This document shows, one piece after another, positions 39,562-50,191 of a stretch of 64,000 bases of DNA. Every line of letters starts with the position of its first letter. Positions within the stretch are counted from its first letter, which is position 1. The notes under the pieces were generated by a model. The model did no database searches, was not told where the DNA came from, and saw only the letters and a program-made list of their open reading frames with translations. The translations under genes were made by a program, and so were the position numbers. The stretch is from an uncultured Gammaproteobacteria bacterium (lineage in GTDB: Bacteria > Patescibacteriota > Patescibacteriia > Magasanikbacterales > GWA2-37-8). The stretch spans positions 5,228-69,227 of the forward strand of contig CAYXJO010000007.1 in assembly GCA_964465205.1 (NCBI GenBank). The letters are read 5' to 3'.

Positions 39562-40266
39562 ATGAAGTTTATTCTAGGACAAAAACTCGGCATGACCCAG
39601 GTGTTCATGGCGGATGGCACAGTGGTGCCAGTGACACGCGTACAGGCTGGACCTTGCGCTATCGTACAAATTAAGGACGGGACCAAAGATAATGCCAAAG
39701 CAATTCAGGTTGGTTTTGGCGATATCCGCGAATTTCGTTTAAATAAACCGCAAACCGGCCATTTGAAAGATCTGTCTCCGGTGCGTTGGTTGCGCGATTT
39801 TTCTGTAGAAACTACTGAAAATCTTGATCGCGGCGACTTAATTACAGTCGATACATTTGCCAATGGTGATGTAGTAGAGGTGATTGGCGTGAGCAAGGGC
39901 AAGGGTTTTGCCGGTGTGGTAAAACGTCATCATTTTCGTGGTGGTCCTGCTTCTCACGGTCATAAAGACAATTTGCGTGCCCCAGGTTCTATTGGCGCCG
40001 GTGGCGTTCAGCGCGTATTCAAAGGTATGCGCATGGCCGGACGTATGGGCGGTGATCAGGTGACTGTAAAAAATTTGAAAATTGTTGAAGTTCATCCGGA
40101 AACCAACGAGATTTATGTGAAAGGTGCCGTGCCGGGCGCTCGCAATGGTATGCTCATGATAATCGGTAATGGTGAATTAAAAATCCAAAAAAAGAATATC
40201 AAAAAGGAAGAGCCTGTGGTCGAGGCCGCTCCGGTAGAAACTAAAACCGAAGAGGCTGCCGCTTAA
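39562..40266 (+). CDS. rplC: 50S ribosomal protein L3
   Basis: KLGMTQVF, SKGKGFAGVVKR. Confidence 0.98.
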   Translation: MKFILGQKLGMTQVFMADGTVVPVTRVQAGPCAIVQIKDGTKDNAKAIQVGFGDIREFRLNKPQTGHLKDLSPVRWLRDFSVETTENLDRGDLITVDTFANGDVVEVIGVSKGKGFAGVVKRHHFRGGPASHGHKDNLRAPGSIGAGGVQRVFKGMRMAGRMGGDQVTVKNLKIVEVHPETNEIYVKGAVPGARNGMLMIIGNGELKIQKKNIKKEEPVVEAAPVETKTEEAAA

Positions 40267-40294
40267 TTGCGTTACGCTTTTCTATCCTATTTAT

Positions 40295-40921
40295 ATGAAA
40301 ACAAAAGTATATAATCTCGAAGGTAAGGCTGTAAGTGATATCGAATTGTCCGATAAAGTTTTTGGTGTAAAAATAAAACCGGAAGTAGTGCACCAAGTAT
40401 TTGTACAACAGACCAACAACCAGCGCGAACCTTGGGCTGACACCAAAAGCAAAGGCGAAGTGAGCGGTGGTGGTAAAAAACCTTGGAAACAGAAGGGTAC
40501 TGGCCGCGCTCGTCACGGATCTTCTCGCTCTCCGATTTGGAAAGGTGGCGGTGTAGTATTTGGTCCGCGCACTGATCGCAATTATAAAACCAAAATCAAT
40601 AAAAAAACTCGCCAATTGGCGATTCGTATGTGTTTGTCTGACAAGGCTCAAACCAACCATTTGTTGGTGATAGAGAATTTGTCATTTGATGCTCCGAAAA
40701 CTAAATTATTGACCACCTTGCTCAAATCTTTGCCCAAGTTCAAGAATCTTTTGATTCTTACTTCCGGCAAGAACGAAATGATTATGCGCATGGCGGAAAA
40801 TATTTCAAAGGTCAAAGTGTGGCGTGCCGAAGATGTGAATGTGATGGAATTGCTGGCCAAAGATACCGTACTCACCACCAAAGACGGTGTGCTTAAATTG
40901 GAACAAACTTTTGCCAAATAA
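40295..40921 (+). CDS. rplD: 50S ribosomal protein L4
   Basis: KPWKQKGTGRARHGS. Confidence 0.98.
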   Translation: MKTKVYNLEGKAVSDIELSDKVFGVKIKPEVVHQVFVQQTNNQREPWADTKSKGEVSGGGKKPWKQKGTGRARHGSSRSPIWKGGGVVFGPRTDRNYKTKINKKTRQLAIRMCLSDKAQTNHLLVIENLSFDAPKTKLLTTLLKSLPKFKNLLILTSGKNEMIMRMAENISKVKVWRAEDVNVMELLAKDTVLTTKDGVLKLEQTFAK

Positions 40922-40933
40922 TTTTTGAAACAT

Positions 40934-41413
40934 ATGGGAATATTAGATCGCTGGACAAAAAAGAATGAGCAAGAAAAATTGAAGGATTTGGACAAGAGAA
41001 GTGACAAACCGGTCAAATCTACTAAAGTTACCAAATCTACCAAGAAAACTACAGCCGCTTCGGTTACGGAAAAATCTGCTGAAAAAACTGTGACCACTTC
41101 GGTAGCAAAAAAAGCAGTAAAACCAGAAGGTATTGCTTATAAAATTTTGATTCGTCCTTTGGTTACCGAAAAATCCGCAGTAATGGAAAGTTATAATAAA
41201 TATAGTTTTATCGTGAGCCGTGGTGCTACTAAAGATCAGGTGAAACAGGCGGTTGCCGAGGCTTATGGTGTTCGTCCGACTACGGTCAACATGATCAATG
41301 TAGATGGTAAAAATGTGCGTTTCGGTCGTGGTTATGGTCGTCGTAGTGACTACAAAAAGGCCATTATTACTTTGGCATCCGGTCAAACGATCGCTATTCA
41401 CGAAGGTGTTTAA
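40934..41413 (+). CDS. rplW: 50S ribosomal protein L23 with a Lys/Thr-rich N-terminal extension
   Basis: RPLVTEKS, YKKAIITL; operon position. Confidence 0.95.
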   Translation: MGILDRWTKKNEQEKLKDLDKRSDKPVKSTKVTKSTKKTTAASVTEKSAEKTVTTSVAKKAVKPEGIAYKILIRPLVTEKSAVMESYNKYSFIVSRGATKDQVKQAVAEAYGVRPTTVNMINVDGKNVRFGRGYGRRSDYKKAIITLASGQTIAIHEGV

Positions 41414-41434
41414 AATTATTTTGCCTTTATACAT

Positions 41435-42277
41435 ATGGGAATTAAAATATACAAACCAACCAGCCCCGGTCGTCGCAAATCCAGTGTGGATGATTTTTCC
41501 GATATCACCAAATCCAAGCCAGAGAAATCTTTGGTTACTATTTTGCAACCGAAATCTGGCCGCAACAACCAAGGCGTAATCACCGTTCGTCATCAAGGTG
41601 GCGGGGTGAAAAAATTCTATCGTTTGGTAGATTTCAAACAACAAAAGTTTAATATTGAAGCCGAGGTGATCGCCATCGAATACGATCCGAATCGCAGTCC
41701 ACGCATCGCTTTGATTCGCTATACCGATAATACCAAAGCATATATTCTTTGTCCGACCAGCATGAAAGTAGGGGACAAAGTTATGTTTTCTGATAAAGCT
41801 ATCGAAGCCAAAAATGGCTGCCGCATGCCACTAGAATTTATTCCAGTCGGTTTGTTTGTCCACAACATTGAAATGACACCAGGTAAGGGTGGTCAAATTG
41901 TGCGTAGTGCTGGCCTCGGAGCTCAACTCTCTGGTTTTGAAGGCAAATATGCTCAGATTCGTTTGCCGTCCGGTGAAATTCGTTCAATTCTAAAAGAATG
42001 TGCCGCCTCCATTGGCATGCTCGGCAACGCCGATCATCGTTTGGTGCGTTATGGTAAAGCCGGTCGCCGACGTCACATGGGTATTAAGCCGCGCGTCAAA
42101 GGTAAAAATATGAACCCGGTTGATCACCCGCATGGTGGTGGTGAGGGCCATTCTCCTATTGGTCAGAAACGTGGTCCGCAAACTATTTATGGTAAGACCG
42201 CTATGGGTGTCAAGACTCGCAAACCGAGTAAATGGAGCGATAAATTTATTATTAAATCCAGACGTAATAAAGTTTAA
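41435..42277 (+). CDS. rplB: 50S ribosomal protein L2
   Basis: [13 protein letters not shown]. Confidence 0.99.
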   Translation: MGIKIYKPTSPGRRKSSVDDFSDITKSKPEKSLVTILQPKSGRNNQGVITVRHQGGGVKKFYRLVDFKQQKFNIEAEVIAIEYDPNRSPRIALIRYTDNTKAYILCPTSMKVGDKVMFSDKAIEAKNGCRMPLEFIPVGLFVHNIEMTPGKGGQIVRSAGLGAQLSGFEGKYAQIRLPSGEIRSILKECAASIGMLGNADHRLVRYGKAGRRRHMGIKPRVKGKNMNPVDHPHGGGEGHSPIGQKRGPQTIYGKTAMGVKTRKPSKWSDKFIIKSRRNKV

Positions 42278-42282
42278 AACAT

Positions 42283-42606
42283 ATGTCCAGAAGCTTAAAA
42301 AAAGGACCTTATCTCGACCCGCGCGTACTCGCTAAAGTTGCCAAAGTGAAAACTTCCGGCAAACGCGAGAATATTAAAACTTGGTCACGCGCCTGTGTAA
42401 TCGCGCCAGAAATGGTAGGTTTGACTTTTGCTGTGCACAATGGCAAAGAGTTCTTGAATGTATTCGTAGAAGAAAATATGGTCGGACATCGTTTGGGTGA
42501 GTTTGCTCCTACCAAGAAATTTATTGTTCACGGTGGTAAGATGGCCAAAGAACAAGAGGCCGCTGCTGCTGCCAAAGCTGCTGCTCCGGCTGCTGCCAAA
42601 AAATAA
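42283..42606 (+). CDS. rpsS: 30S ribosomal protein S19
   Basis: [21 protein letters not shown]. Confidence 0.98.
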   Translation: MSRSLKKGPYLDPRVLAKVAKVKTSGKRENIKTWSRACVIAPEMVGLTFAVHNGKEFLNVFVEENMVGHRLGEFAPTKKFIVHGGKMAKEQEAAAAAKAAAPAAAKK

Positions 42607-42628
42607 TCGCACCTAATTTTCATATTTT

Positions 42629-43024
42629 ATGACCAAAGAAATAACCGCTAAACTAAGCTATCTCAAAATCGGTCCGCGCAAGGTGCGTTTGGTGGCTGAT
42701 CTTATTCGTGGCCGTAGTGTTTTGCGCGCTACCGCCGCTTTGTCGCTACTCAATAAGCACGCTGCTTTGCCGATGCTCAAATTGTTGAATTCTGCCGTGG
42801 CCAACGCCAAGCATAATTTTCAGATTGAAAAAGAACATTTGAAAGTGGCCAAAGTGACTGTTGATGGTGGTCCGGTTTTGAAACGCTGGATGCCCAAGGC
42901 CCATGGTCGTGCCACTCCGATTCGTGAACGTACCAGCCATATTAATTTGACACTGGTCGAAGTGCCGTTCGTGGAGAGAAAAGCCAAAGTCAAGAAGGCT
43001 GATAAAAAAACCGATAAAAAATAA
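42629..43024 (+). CDS. rplV: 50S ribosomal protein L22
   Basis: PRKVRLVADLIRG, SAVANA. Confidence 0.98.
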   Translation: MTKEITAKLSYLKIGPRKVRLVADLIRGRSVLRATAALSLLNKHAALPMLKLLNSAVANAKHNFQIEKEHLKVAKVTVDGGPVLKRWMPKAHGRATPIRERTSHINLTLVEVPFVERKAKVKKADKKTDKK

Positions 43025-43035
43025 TTTTCAAATCT

Positions 43036-43734
43036 ATGGGTCACAAAGTACATCCAATTATCCACCGTACCCCGTTTATTTTTAACTGGGATTCACGCTG
43101 GTTTGCTCGCGGCAAGGATATGCCGAAATTTTTGCAACAGGAAGTAGCTGTGCGAAAATTAGTGGCAAAAAAATTCAAAGAAGCTGGAGTAGATGCTGTT
43201 AGTGTCGAACGTACGCCCAAAGAAGTGGTCGTGACTATTATTGCTGCCAAACCGGGTGTTATCATTGGTCGCAGTGGTCAAGGTTTGGAAGTCGTGCGTA
43301 AAGAAATCGAGAAGAACATTTTGCAATTTAAATCCAAAGTCAAAATAAATATTCAAGCTTTGAAACAACCGGCATTATCGGCACAAGTGGTAGCCCAGAG
43401 CGCTGCCGATGAAATCGAGCGTCGTATACCGTTTCGTCGTGTGATGAAACAAGCGATTGAGAAAGTAATGTCAGCCGGAGCTCAAGGTGTGAAGATTAAA
43501 ATGGCCGGACGTCTCAATGGCGTAGAAATTGCTCGTCGTGAAGTATTGTCTGCCGGCAAAATGTCTTTGATCACTTTGCGTTCGCATGTTGATTATGCTT
43601 TTGTGGAAGCCAATACTATTTATGGTAAAATCGGTGTTAAAGTTTGGATCTATTTAGGTGAAGCTTTTGGTCGTCGTGATAAATTTGAAAAGAAAGAAGA
43701 GGGCGAACAAGACACTCACACTAAACGTAAATAA
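43036..43734 (+). CDS. rpsC: 30S ribosomal protein S3
   Basis: MGHKVHP, GRLNGVEIAR, GVKVWI. Confidence 0.98.
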   Translation: MGHKVHPIIHRTPFIFNWDSRWFARGKDMPKFLQQEVAVRKLVAKKFKEAGVDAVSVERTPKEVVVTIIAAKPGVIIGRSGQGLEVVRKEIEKNILQFKSKVKINIQALKQPALSAQVVAQSAADEIERRIPFRRVMKQAIEKVMSAGAQGVKIKMAGRLNGVEIARREVLSAGKMSLITLRSHVDYAFVEANTIYGKIGVKVWIYLGEAFGRRDKFEKKEEGEQDTHTKRK

Positions 43735-43751
43735 AATAATTTTGCAAATAT

Positions 43752-44165
43752 ATGTTGTTACCGAAAAAAGTTAAACATCGTAAATGGCAAAAGGGCCGCA
43801 AACGCGGGTTGGGTGTAGCCCAACGCACGAATGCTGTCAGTTTTGGAGAATTCGGGCTTAAAAGCGAAACTCACGGTTGGGTTACTAGCCGTCAAATCGA
43901 AGCTGTCCGTCGTGTTTTGACTCGTTATGTTCGTCGTGGTGGCAAAATTTGGATTCGCGTCTTCCCAGATCGTCCAGTAACTATGAAAGGTAATGAAACC
44001 CCAATGGGTGGCGGCAAGGGAAGTCCGGATCATTATGTTGCCGTACTTAAACCGGGCACCGTGTTATTTGAAATGGGCGGTATTACCAAAGAATCCGCTT
44101 CTGAAGCAATGAAGTTGGCCGGTTATAAATTGGGTATCAAGACTAAATTTGTAGTGAAACAATAA
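43752..44165 (+). CDS. rplP: 50S ribosomal protein L16
   Basis: [15 protein letters not shown]. Confidence 0.98.
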   Translation: MLLPKKVKHRKWQKGRKRGLGVAQRTNAVSFGEFGLKSETHGWVTSRQIEAVRRVLTRYVRRGGKIWIRVFPDRPVTMKGNETPMGGGKGSPDHYVAVLKPGTVLFEMGGITKESASEAMKLAGYKLGIKTKFVVKQ

Positions 44166-44181
44166 TTCTAATCAAACAAAT

Positions 44182-44376
44182 ATGGATTTTGCCGATATCA
44201 AAAATAAATCAATCAAAGAATTACGCGAACTCATCGACATTACTCGCGAGGAGTTGCGTGGTTTACGTTTCAAAGCGCACAGTCGCCAATTGAAGCAGGT
44301 AAAACAATTGACTGCCGCCAAACAGATAGTTGCTCGCGCTCAGATGGTATTGGCTCAGAAATTAAAACAGCAATAA
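44182..44376 (+). CDS. rpmC: 50S ribosomal protein L29
   Basis: Size, operon position, LRF...IVAR motif. Confidence 0.92.
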   Translation: MDFADIKNKSIKELRELIDITREELRGLRFKAHSRQLKQVKQLTAAKQIVARAQMVLAQKLKQQ

Positions 44377-44395
44377 TTTTTTGTAAATATTTAAT

Positions 44396-44674
44396 ATGGT
44401 TAAAAAATCTGAAAACAAACCAGTGGTTAAAACCAAAGCTGTTGAGCGCGTCTTCTCTGGATTGGTGCTCTCTACTGCTATGGCAAAAACCATTGTGGTG
44501 CGCGTTGATCGCATGAAGAATAACAGCAAATACCAGAAAGCAACACGTGTGAGCCGTAAGTATCATGTGCATGATGAAAAAGACTTGGCCAAAGTAGGCA
44601 ATACCGTGCGTTTTGTAGAGTGCCGACCGCTTTCTCGTACCAAACGTTGGCGCTTAAAAGAAATTGTCAAATAA
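44396..44674 (+). CDS. rpsQ: 30S ribosomal protein S17
   Basis: [18 protein letters not shown]. Confidence 0.97.
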   Translation: MVKKSENKPVVKTKAVERVFSGLVLSTAMAKTIVVRVDRMKNNSKYQKATRVSRKYHVHDEKDLAKVGNTVRFVECRPLSRTKRWRLKEIVK

Positions 44675-44684
44675 TACTCCCCAT

Positions 44685-45056
44685 ATGATTCAACATCGTT
44701 CAATGTTAACTGTGGCTGATAATTCTGGCGCGAAGTTACTGCAATGTATTCGCGTGTTGGGTGGCTACAAAAAACGTTATGCCCAAATTGGTGATATTAT
44801 CACCTGTGCCGTGAAAATGGCTGCTCCGCGCGGTATGGTAAAAAAAGGTGAAGTAGTACACGCGGTGATTGTACGTCAACATAAAGAAATTCGTCGTACT
44901 GACGGTACCTATATCCGTTTTGATGAGAATGCAGCGGTAGTAGTGGATAAGGCTTCAAAAGAACCCAAAGGAACTCGTATTTTTGGTCCGGTTGCGCGTG
45001 AATTGCGTACCAAGGGTTTTCAGAAGATTATTTCCTTGGCACCGGAAGTTTTGTAA
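44685..45056 (+). CDS. rplN: 50S ribosomal protein L14
   Basis: [21 protein letters not shown]. Confidence 0.99.
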   Translation: MIQHRSMLTVADNSGAKLLQCIRVLGGYKKRYAQIGDIITCAVKMAAPRGMVKKGEVVHAVIVRQHKEIRRTDGTYIRFDENAAVVVDKASKEPKGTRIFGPVARELRTKGFQKIISLAPEVL

Positions 45057-45078
45057 ATAATTGTTTATCTCTTACTAT

Positions 45079-45387
45079 ATGAAAATCAAAACTAACGACC
45101 GTGTCAAAATTTTAAGCGGCAAAGATAAAGGCAAAGAAGGCAAAGTGATTCAGGTTTTCCCCGAGCGCGGAAAGGTGGTAGTAGAGGGCGCCGGTATCAT
45201 GAAGAAACATTTGCGCACTCGTAAACAGGGTGAAAAAGGCCAAGTGATTGAGCTCGCGGCTCCGCTTGCTGTAGCCAAAGTGCAGCTTTTGTGTCCAAAA
45301 TGCAATCGCGCGTCTCGTACCGGATATAAATTGGAAGCCGGCAAGAAAAAACGTGTTTGCTGTAAGTGTAAGGAAGTAATTGATTAA
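45079..45387 (+). CDS. rplX: 50S ribosomal protein L24
   Basis: GKDKGKEGKV. Confidence 0.97.
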   Translation: MKIKTNDRVKILSGKDKGKEGKVIQVFPERGKVVVEGAGIMKKHLRTRKQGEKGQVIELAAPLAVAKVQLLCPKCNRASRTGYKLEAGKKKRVCCKCKEVID

Positions 45388-45444
45388 GCCAATTTGTTTT
45401 TCATATATAAAGATATAATTTCATTCGTTCGATAATCAACCAAT

Positions 45445-45987
45445 ATGAATCTGAATTTATTAAAAAAATACAAAGACACCGTAGTCCCAGCCATGATGAA
45501 AGAATTTGGGTACAAAAATGTGATGCAAGTACCAAAAGTCGCTGGAGTAGTGGTGAATGTGGGTTATGGTCGCAATATCAAAGAGGCTAATTTTGCCGAT
45601 AATGTCGCCAAGACCCTTACCAAAATCACTGGTCAAAAACCGGTCCACACCAAATCCACGAAGTCTATTTCCAACTTCAAGATTCGTGAAGGCCAAGAAA
45701 TTGGTGCTATGGTTTCCTTGCGTGGTCCACGTATGTATCAGTTTTTGGAGAAATTACTCAATATTACTTTTCCGCGTGTTAAAGACTTCCGCGGCATCTC
45801 TGATAAAAGTTTTGACCGTCAAGGCAACTATACCATTGGTTTCAAAGAAAATTTGGCTTTTCCGGAAGTAAAAGTAGAAGAATTGGAAAAAATGCATGGT
45901 TTGCAAGTGATTGTAAAAACTACTGCTCGCAACCAAGCCGAAGGTCGTGCTTTGCTTAAACATTTAGGATTTCCATTTCAAAAATAA
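45445..45987 (+). CDS. rplE: 50S ribosomal protein L5
   Basis: ITGQKP, PRVKDFRG. Confidence 0.98.
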   Translation: MNLNLLKKYKDTVVPAMMKEFGYKNVMQVPKVAGVVVNVGYGRNIKEANFADNVAKTLTKITGQKPVHTKSTKSISNFKIREGQEIGAMVSLRGPRMYQFLEKLLNITFPRVKDFRGISDKSFDRQGNYTIGFKENLAFPEVKVEELEKMHGLQVIVKTTARNQAEGRALLKHLGFPFQK

Positions 45988-45997
45988 TATTTAGATT

Positions 45998-46183
45998 ATG
46001 GCTACTCAATCGCAAATCGCAAAATCAAATCGCAAACCAAAATTTTCTACCCGCGTTGTCCGACGTTGTTGGAAATGTGGACGTGTACGTGGCTATATGG
46101 GCGAGTTTGGCTTGTGCCGCATCTGTTTTAGAGAACTAGCTAACAATGGCAAGATTCCGGGCGTGCGTAAATCTAGTTGGTAA
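45998..46183 (+). CDS. rpsZ: 30S ribosomal protein S14 type Z (zinc-binding)
   Basis: CWKC...[12 protein letters not shown]. Confidence 0.96.
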   Translation: MATQSQIAKSNRKPKFSTRVVRRCWKCGRVRGYMGEFGLCRICFRELANNGKIPGVRKSSW

Positions 46184-46231
46184 TAATTTAATTAATAAAT
46201 TCTTAATTACATATTCTTAAACTAAATTTCT

Positions 46232-46621
46232 ATGATGACTGATCCTATTGCTGACATGCTCACTAGAATTCGCAATGCCTCATTGGTACACAAAAAAGAG
46301 GTGTCGGTGCCTTTTTCTAAAATCAAGTTAGCTATCGCCAATATTTTGGTGCGCACTGGTTATTTGGAAAAAGTAGAAGAGAAAAAAGATGGTCATGCCT
46401 ATCTTTTGTTAACTTTGAAATATGAATCACGCGCCGGTGTAATTCACAGCATCAAACGTATTAGTACTCCGGGGCATCGTAAATATGTCAAAGCGGACGC
46501 TATCAGTAAAGTGTTGAACGGCTTTGGCGTGGCGATTTTGTCTACTCCGAAAGGCATTATGAGTGATGCCGAAGCTATCCAAAATAAGGTAGGCGGAGAA
46601 TTGATTTGCGAAGTCTACTAA
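46232..46621 (+). CDS. rpsH: 30S ribosomal protein S8
   Basis: DPIADMLTRIRNA, GGELIC. Confidence 0.98.
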   Translation: MMTDPIADMLTRIRNASLVHKKEVSVPFSKIKLAIANILVRTGYLEKVEEKKDGHAYLLLTLKYESRAGVIHSIKRISTPGHRKYVKADAISKVLNGFGVAILSTPKGIMSDAEAIQNKVGGELICEVY

Positions 46622-46648
46622 ATTTTAATCAATAAATTTGTTAAATAT

Positions 46649-47197
46649 ATGTCGCGTATTGGTAAAAAAGTCAGACCGATCCCTGCCGGCGTCACTGCGG
46701 ATGTCAAAAATGATGTGTTGGTGATCAAAGGCCCAAAAGGTGAGTTGCGTCAAACATTACACCCGCATGTAACCGTGGTTATCGAAGGTGGTAATATCAG
46801 TGTGCGTGTAAAAGACGAAGAAAATAAAAAAGATCGCGCGCTTTGGGGCACTACTTCCAGTATTATTGAAAATATGATTGATGGTGTTACCAAAGGTTTC
46901 AAAAGAGATTTGGAGATTAATGGTGTGGGTTATAAGGTTGCTATGAAAGGCGCCAATTTGTCATTGGATGTTGGTTTTAATAATCCTGTAGAGTTGAAAC
47001 CATTAAGCGGTGTGAAATTTTCTGTCGATAAAAATATTATTACTATTGAAGGCATTGATAAGCAGTTAGTGGGGGAGATGGCCGCTCAATTACGTCGTGT
47101 CCGCAAACCAGAACCATACAAGGGCAAAGGTATTAAATACGCGGAAGAAACTATCCGTCGCAAGGCCGGCAAGACTGCTTCGAAAGCCGCCTCTTAA
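46649..47197 (+). CDS. rplF: 50S ribosomal protein L6
   Basis: MSRIGK, PEPYKGKGI. Confidence 0.98.
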   Translation: MSRIGKKVRPIPAGVTADVKNDVLVIKGPKGELRQTLHPHVTVVIEGGNISVRVKDEENKKDRALWGTTSSIIENMIDGVTKGFKRDLEINGVGYKVAMKGANLSLDVGFNNPVELKPLSGVKFSVDKNIITIEGIDKQLVGEMAAQLRRVRKPEPYKGKGIKYAEETIRRKAGKTASKAAS

Positions 47198-47275
47198 AAA
47201 TGATATATAATATATAATCTCATTCGTTCGGAAATGAATAAACACATTTGTTCATTTCCCTCACTCATATCGATT

Positions 47276-47650
47276 ATGAAAAGACTTACTAACAAGACCA
47301 AGAATTCTCTGCGCCAAGTGCGTCACGCGCGCGTGCGCGCCAAATTGGTGGGCACGGCGGCGGCCCCGCGCTTGTCGGTGTTTCGCAGTTTGCGCGGTAT
47401 GACCCTCCAGTTGATTGACGATGTGGCTGGCAAAACTTTGTGCCATGCCAACTCTTCCGAAATTAAGGATGGTAAAACCGACAACAAATCCGGCAAAGTA
47501 GCCAAGAGCTTTTTGCTCGGTAAATTACTGGCCGAAAAAGCCAAGGCTAAGAAAATTGAAACAGTAGTATTTGATCGTGGTGGTTACAAATATCATGGTC
47601 GTGTTCAGGCCGTGGCCGACGGAGCGCGCGAAGGTGGTTTGAAATTTTAA
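47276..47650 (+). CDS. rplR: 50S ribosomal protein L18
   Basis: [20 protein letters not shown]. Confidence 0.98.
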   Translation: MKRLTNKTKNSLRQVRHARVRAKLVGTAAAPRLSVFRSLRGMTLQLIDDVAGKTLCHANSSEIKDGKTDNKSGKVAKSFLLGKLLAEKAKAKKIETVVFDRGGYKYHGRVQAVADGAREGGLKF

Positions 47651-47672
47651 TTGTTTTTGAATAATATTAAAT

Positions 47673-48302
47673 ATGATGAACAAACCAAATAATAATCGCG
47701 GACGCGGCGGCAATCGTCGTGAACAGGAGAAATCTGAATTTGATCAATATATTTTGGACTTGGCGCGTGTAACTCGCGTGACCGAAGGCGGAAAACATTT
47801 GAGCTTCCGAGCTTGTGTGGTAATTGGTGATCGTGCCGGGCGCGTGGGCTTCGGTGTTTCCAAAGGAAAAGATGTCCAGTTGGGTGTAGAGAAAGCTGTG
47901 CGTCAAGCGAGAAAGAATATTATTCGCGTACCGATTTTGAAAGAAACCATTCCGCATCCTGTGTATAAAAAATTCAAAGCGGCGGCAGTCATGCTCAAAC
48001 CGGCTCCGCGCGGTTCCGGTATTATCGCTGGCGGTGCTGTGCGTGCAGTGTTGGAGTTGGCGGGTGTACCGAATGTATCTACAAAAATTTTGGGCAAAAC
48101 TAAAAATAAAATTACCGTAGTCAAAGCTACTTTTGAAGCACTGCAGATGTTCAAAGTCAAAGCCAAAGAGAAAGTAGCAGTAGTGCCGGATGCGATTAAA
48201 GTCGCAGTACCGGAACTCGCAACTGACAAAGATCGTGTTGCTCCGGTTGCCGCAAAAAAAATAATTGCCGCAAAAAAAGATGTTAAAAAGGAAATCAAGT
48301 AA
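47673..48302 (+). CDS. rpsE: 30S ribosomal protein S5
   Basis: RVTRVTEGG, GSGIIAGG. Confidence 0.98.
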   Translation: MMNKPNNNRGRGGNRREQEKSEFDQYILDLARVTRVTEGGKHLSFRACVVIGDRAGRVGFGVSKGKDVQLGVEKAVRQARKNIIRVPILKETIPHPVYKKFKAAAVMLKPAPRGSGIIAGGAVRAVLELAGVPNVSTKILGKTKNKITVVKATFEALQMFKVKAKEKVAVVPDAIKVAVPELATDKDRVAPVAAKKIIAAKKDVKKEIK

Positions 48303-48313
48303 TCATATCGTTT

Positions 48314-48754
48314 ATGACTTTAAGCATACATACAATTAAAGCGTCAGTCGGCTCTCGTCGTGCTACCAAAAAGCGAGGTCGCGGTAACGCTTCGGGCCAT
48401 GGCAATTACAGTGGTCGTGGTGGCAAAGGCCAGACCGCACGCAGTGGCGGACAACGCGGTTTGCGTCTCAAAGCTTTCAAAAATTTGTATCAAGCTACTC
48501 CGAAGTTGCGCGGTTTCAAATCTCTGCAGGCCAAAGCGGCGGAAGTGCGTTTGTCGGACTTGGAAAAATATTTTAAATCCGGTGAACAAGTGAACTTGGC
48601 CACTTTGCAAGAAAAGAGAATTGTTGGCACGAATGTTAAGACTGCGAAAATTTTGAATACCGGCGAGATCACCATAAAATTGACCGTAGTAGGTATCAAA
48701 TGTACCAAGGTTGCCAAAGAAAAAATAGAAAAAGCAGGAGGAGAAGTGAAATAG
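48314..48754 (+). CDS. rplO: 50S ribosomal protein L15
   Basis: RGRGNASG, GRGGKGQTARSG. Confidence 0.97.
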   Translation: MTLSIHTIKASVGSRRATKKRGRGNASGHGNYSGRGGKGQTARSGGQRGLRLKAFKNLYQATPKLRGFKSLQAKAAEVRLSDLEKYFKSGEQVNLATLQEKRIVGTNVKTAKILNTGEITIKLTVVGIKCTKVAKEKIEKAGGEVK

Positions 48755-48810
48755 TAATCAAACCAAGTCAAAAGTAATTACTTTTGACTTTTGGCTTTAA
48801 ATTTAAACCT

Positions 48811-50085
48811 ATGTGGGACAAAATCCTTCAAGTGTGGAAAATCAAGGATGTACGTAATAAAATTTTATATGTTATCGCCATGCTGATTGTATTCCGCTTG
48901 GTGGCACATATTCCGATGCCGGGTGTGAATTTGGATAGTTTGCGTAATTTCTTATCCGGTAACCAAGTGCTGGGCATGTTGAATTTGTTCTCGGGTGGCA
49001 CTATCAAAAATTTCTCCATGGTAATGTTGGGTGTAGCGCCGTATATTACCGCTTCAATTATTATCCAGTTGCTCACCATGATTGTGCCAAGCATGGAAGA
49101 GTTGTCCAAAGAAGGGGAGCAGGGCCAACACAAAATCAGTATGTACACCAGATTGTTGGCCGTGCCGCTTGCTTTTTTGCAATCATATGGCATGATCAAA
49201 ATTCTCAGCCAATCAGGTCGTAATATTTTAGGTACGCTGACTCCGATGAATATGTTCATCATGATGTGTACTATCACTGCCGGCACAATGTTTTTGGTGT
49301 GGATTGGTGAGTTGATTTCCGAACAAAAAGTGGGCAACGGCATTTCTTTGCTTATCTTTGCCGGTATCGTCGCTGGTTTGCCATCAACCGTTCGTACGGC
49401 TCTGGTGAACTATACGTCTGCTGACTTTTATACTTTCGTTTTGTTTGTCATTATCGGTATTTTGACGGTTGTAGGCGTGGTATTTATCAATGAAGGCCAA
49501 CGCAATATTCCGGTAAATTATGCCAAGCAAGTACGTGGCAATCGCGTGTACGGTGGTAGTAATACCCATTTGCCGCTACGTGTGAATATGGCTGGTGTGA
49601 TCCCGATTATCTTTGCCATTTCTTTGATTTTATTTCCGCCGATGATTGCACAATTTTTTGTGCATGCCCAATCTGCGTTTATTGCCAAAGCGGCTGTGTG
49701 GATAATTCAAGTATTTCAAGGACAATTATTTTACGCTATTGCTTACTTCTTGCTAGTATTTGGGTTTACTTACTTTTATACTGCGGTAATTTTTCATCCT
49801 CAGAAGATTGCCGAGAATTTACAACGTCAAGGCGGCTTTATTCCAGGTATTCGTCCTGGTAAAGAGACCGAGTCGTATTTGAAAAGAACGATGAATCGCG
49901 TGAATTTGATCGGTGCTTGTTTCTTGGGTGCCATTGCCGTGTTGCCTTTGGTCGTGCAAGGTGCGATGGGTACGCAGAGTCTGGCAATTGGCGGTACGTC
50001 ACTTCTGATCGTGGTAGCCGTGTGTATTGAAACAGCCAAACAAATTGATGCGCAGGTGACGATGCATGAGTACGATAAGGTGTAA
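48811..50085 (+). CDS. secY: Preprotein translocase subunit SecY
   Basis: LGVAPYITASII, GNGISLLIF, FIPGIRPG, GGTSLLIVV. Confidence 0.99.
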   Translation: MWDKILQVWKIKDVRNKILYVIAMLIVFRLVAHIPMPGVNLDSLRNFLSGNQVLGMLNLFSGGTIKNFSMVMLGVAPYITASIIIQLLTMIVPSMEELSKEGEQGQHKISMYTRLLAVPLAFLQSYGMIKILSQSGRNILGTLTPMNMFIMMCTITAGTMFLVWIGELISEQKVGNGISLLIFAGIVAGLPSTVRTALVNYTSADFYTFVLFVIIGILTVVGVVFINEGQRNIPVNYAKQVRGNRVYGGSNTHLPLRVNMAGVIPIIFAISLILFPPMIAQFFVHAQSAFIAKAAVWIIQVFQGQLFYAIAYFLLVFGFTYFYTAVIFHPQKIAENLQRQGGFIPGIRPGKETESYLKRTMNRVNLIGACFLGAIAVLPLVVQGAMGTQSLAIGGTSLLIVVAVCIETAKQIDAQVTMHEYDKV

Positions 50086-50100
50086 AAATAAAACAAAACT

Positions 50101-50164
50101 AACTAACAAAACCGCTTACAACAAGCGGTTTTGTTAGTTAAAAAAGCCGCCCGGGTAGGGCGGC
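50101..50164. terminator. Two adjacent terminators (secY and the convergent 50192-50533 gene)
   Basis: AACTAACAAAACCGCTT/AAGCGGTTTTGTTAGTT, then A-tract-GCCGCCC/GGGCGGC. Confidence 0.75.
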
Positions 50165-50191
50165 GTGATGCACTGTGGCTTCTTTTTCTTT

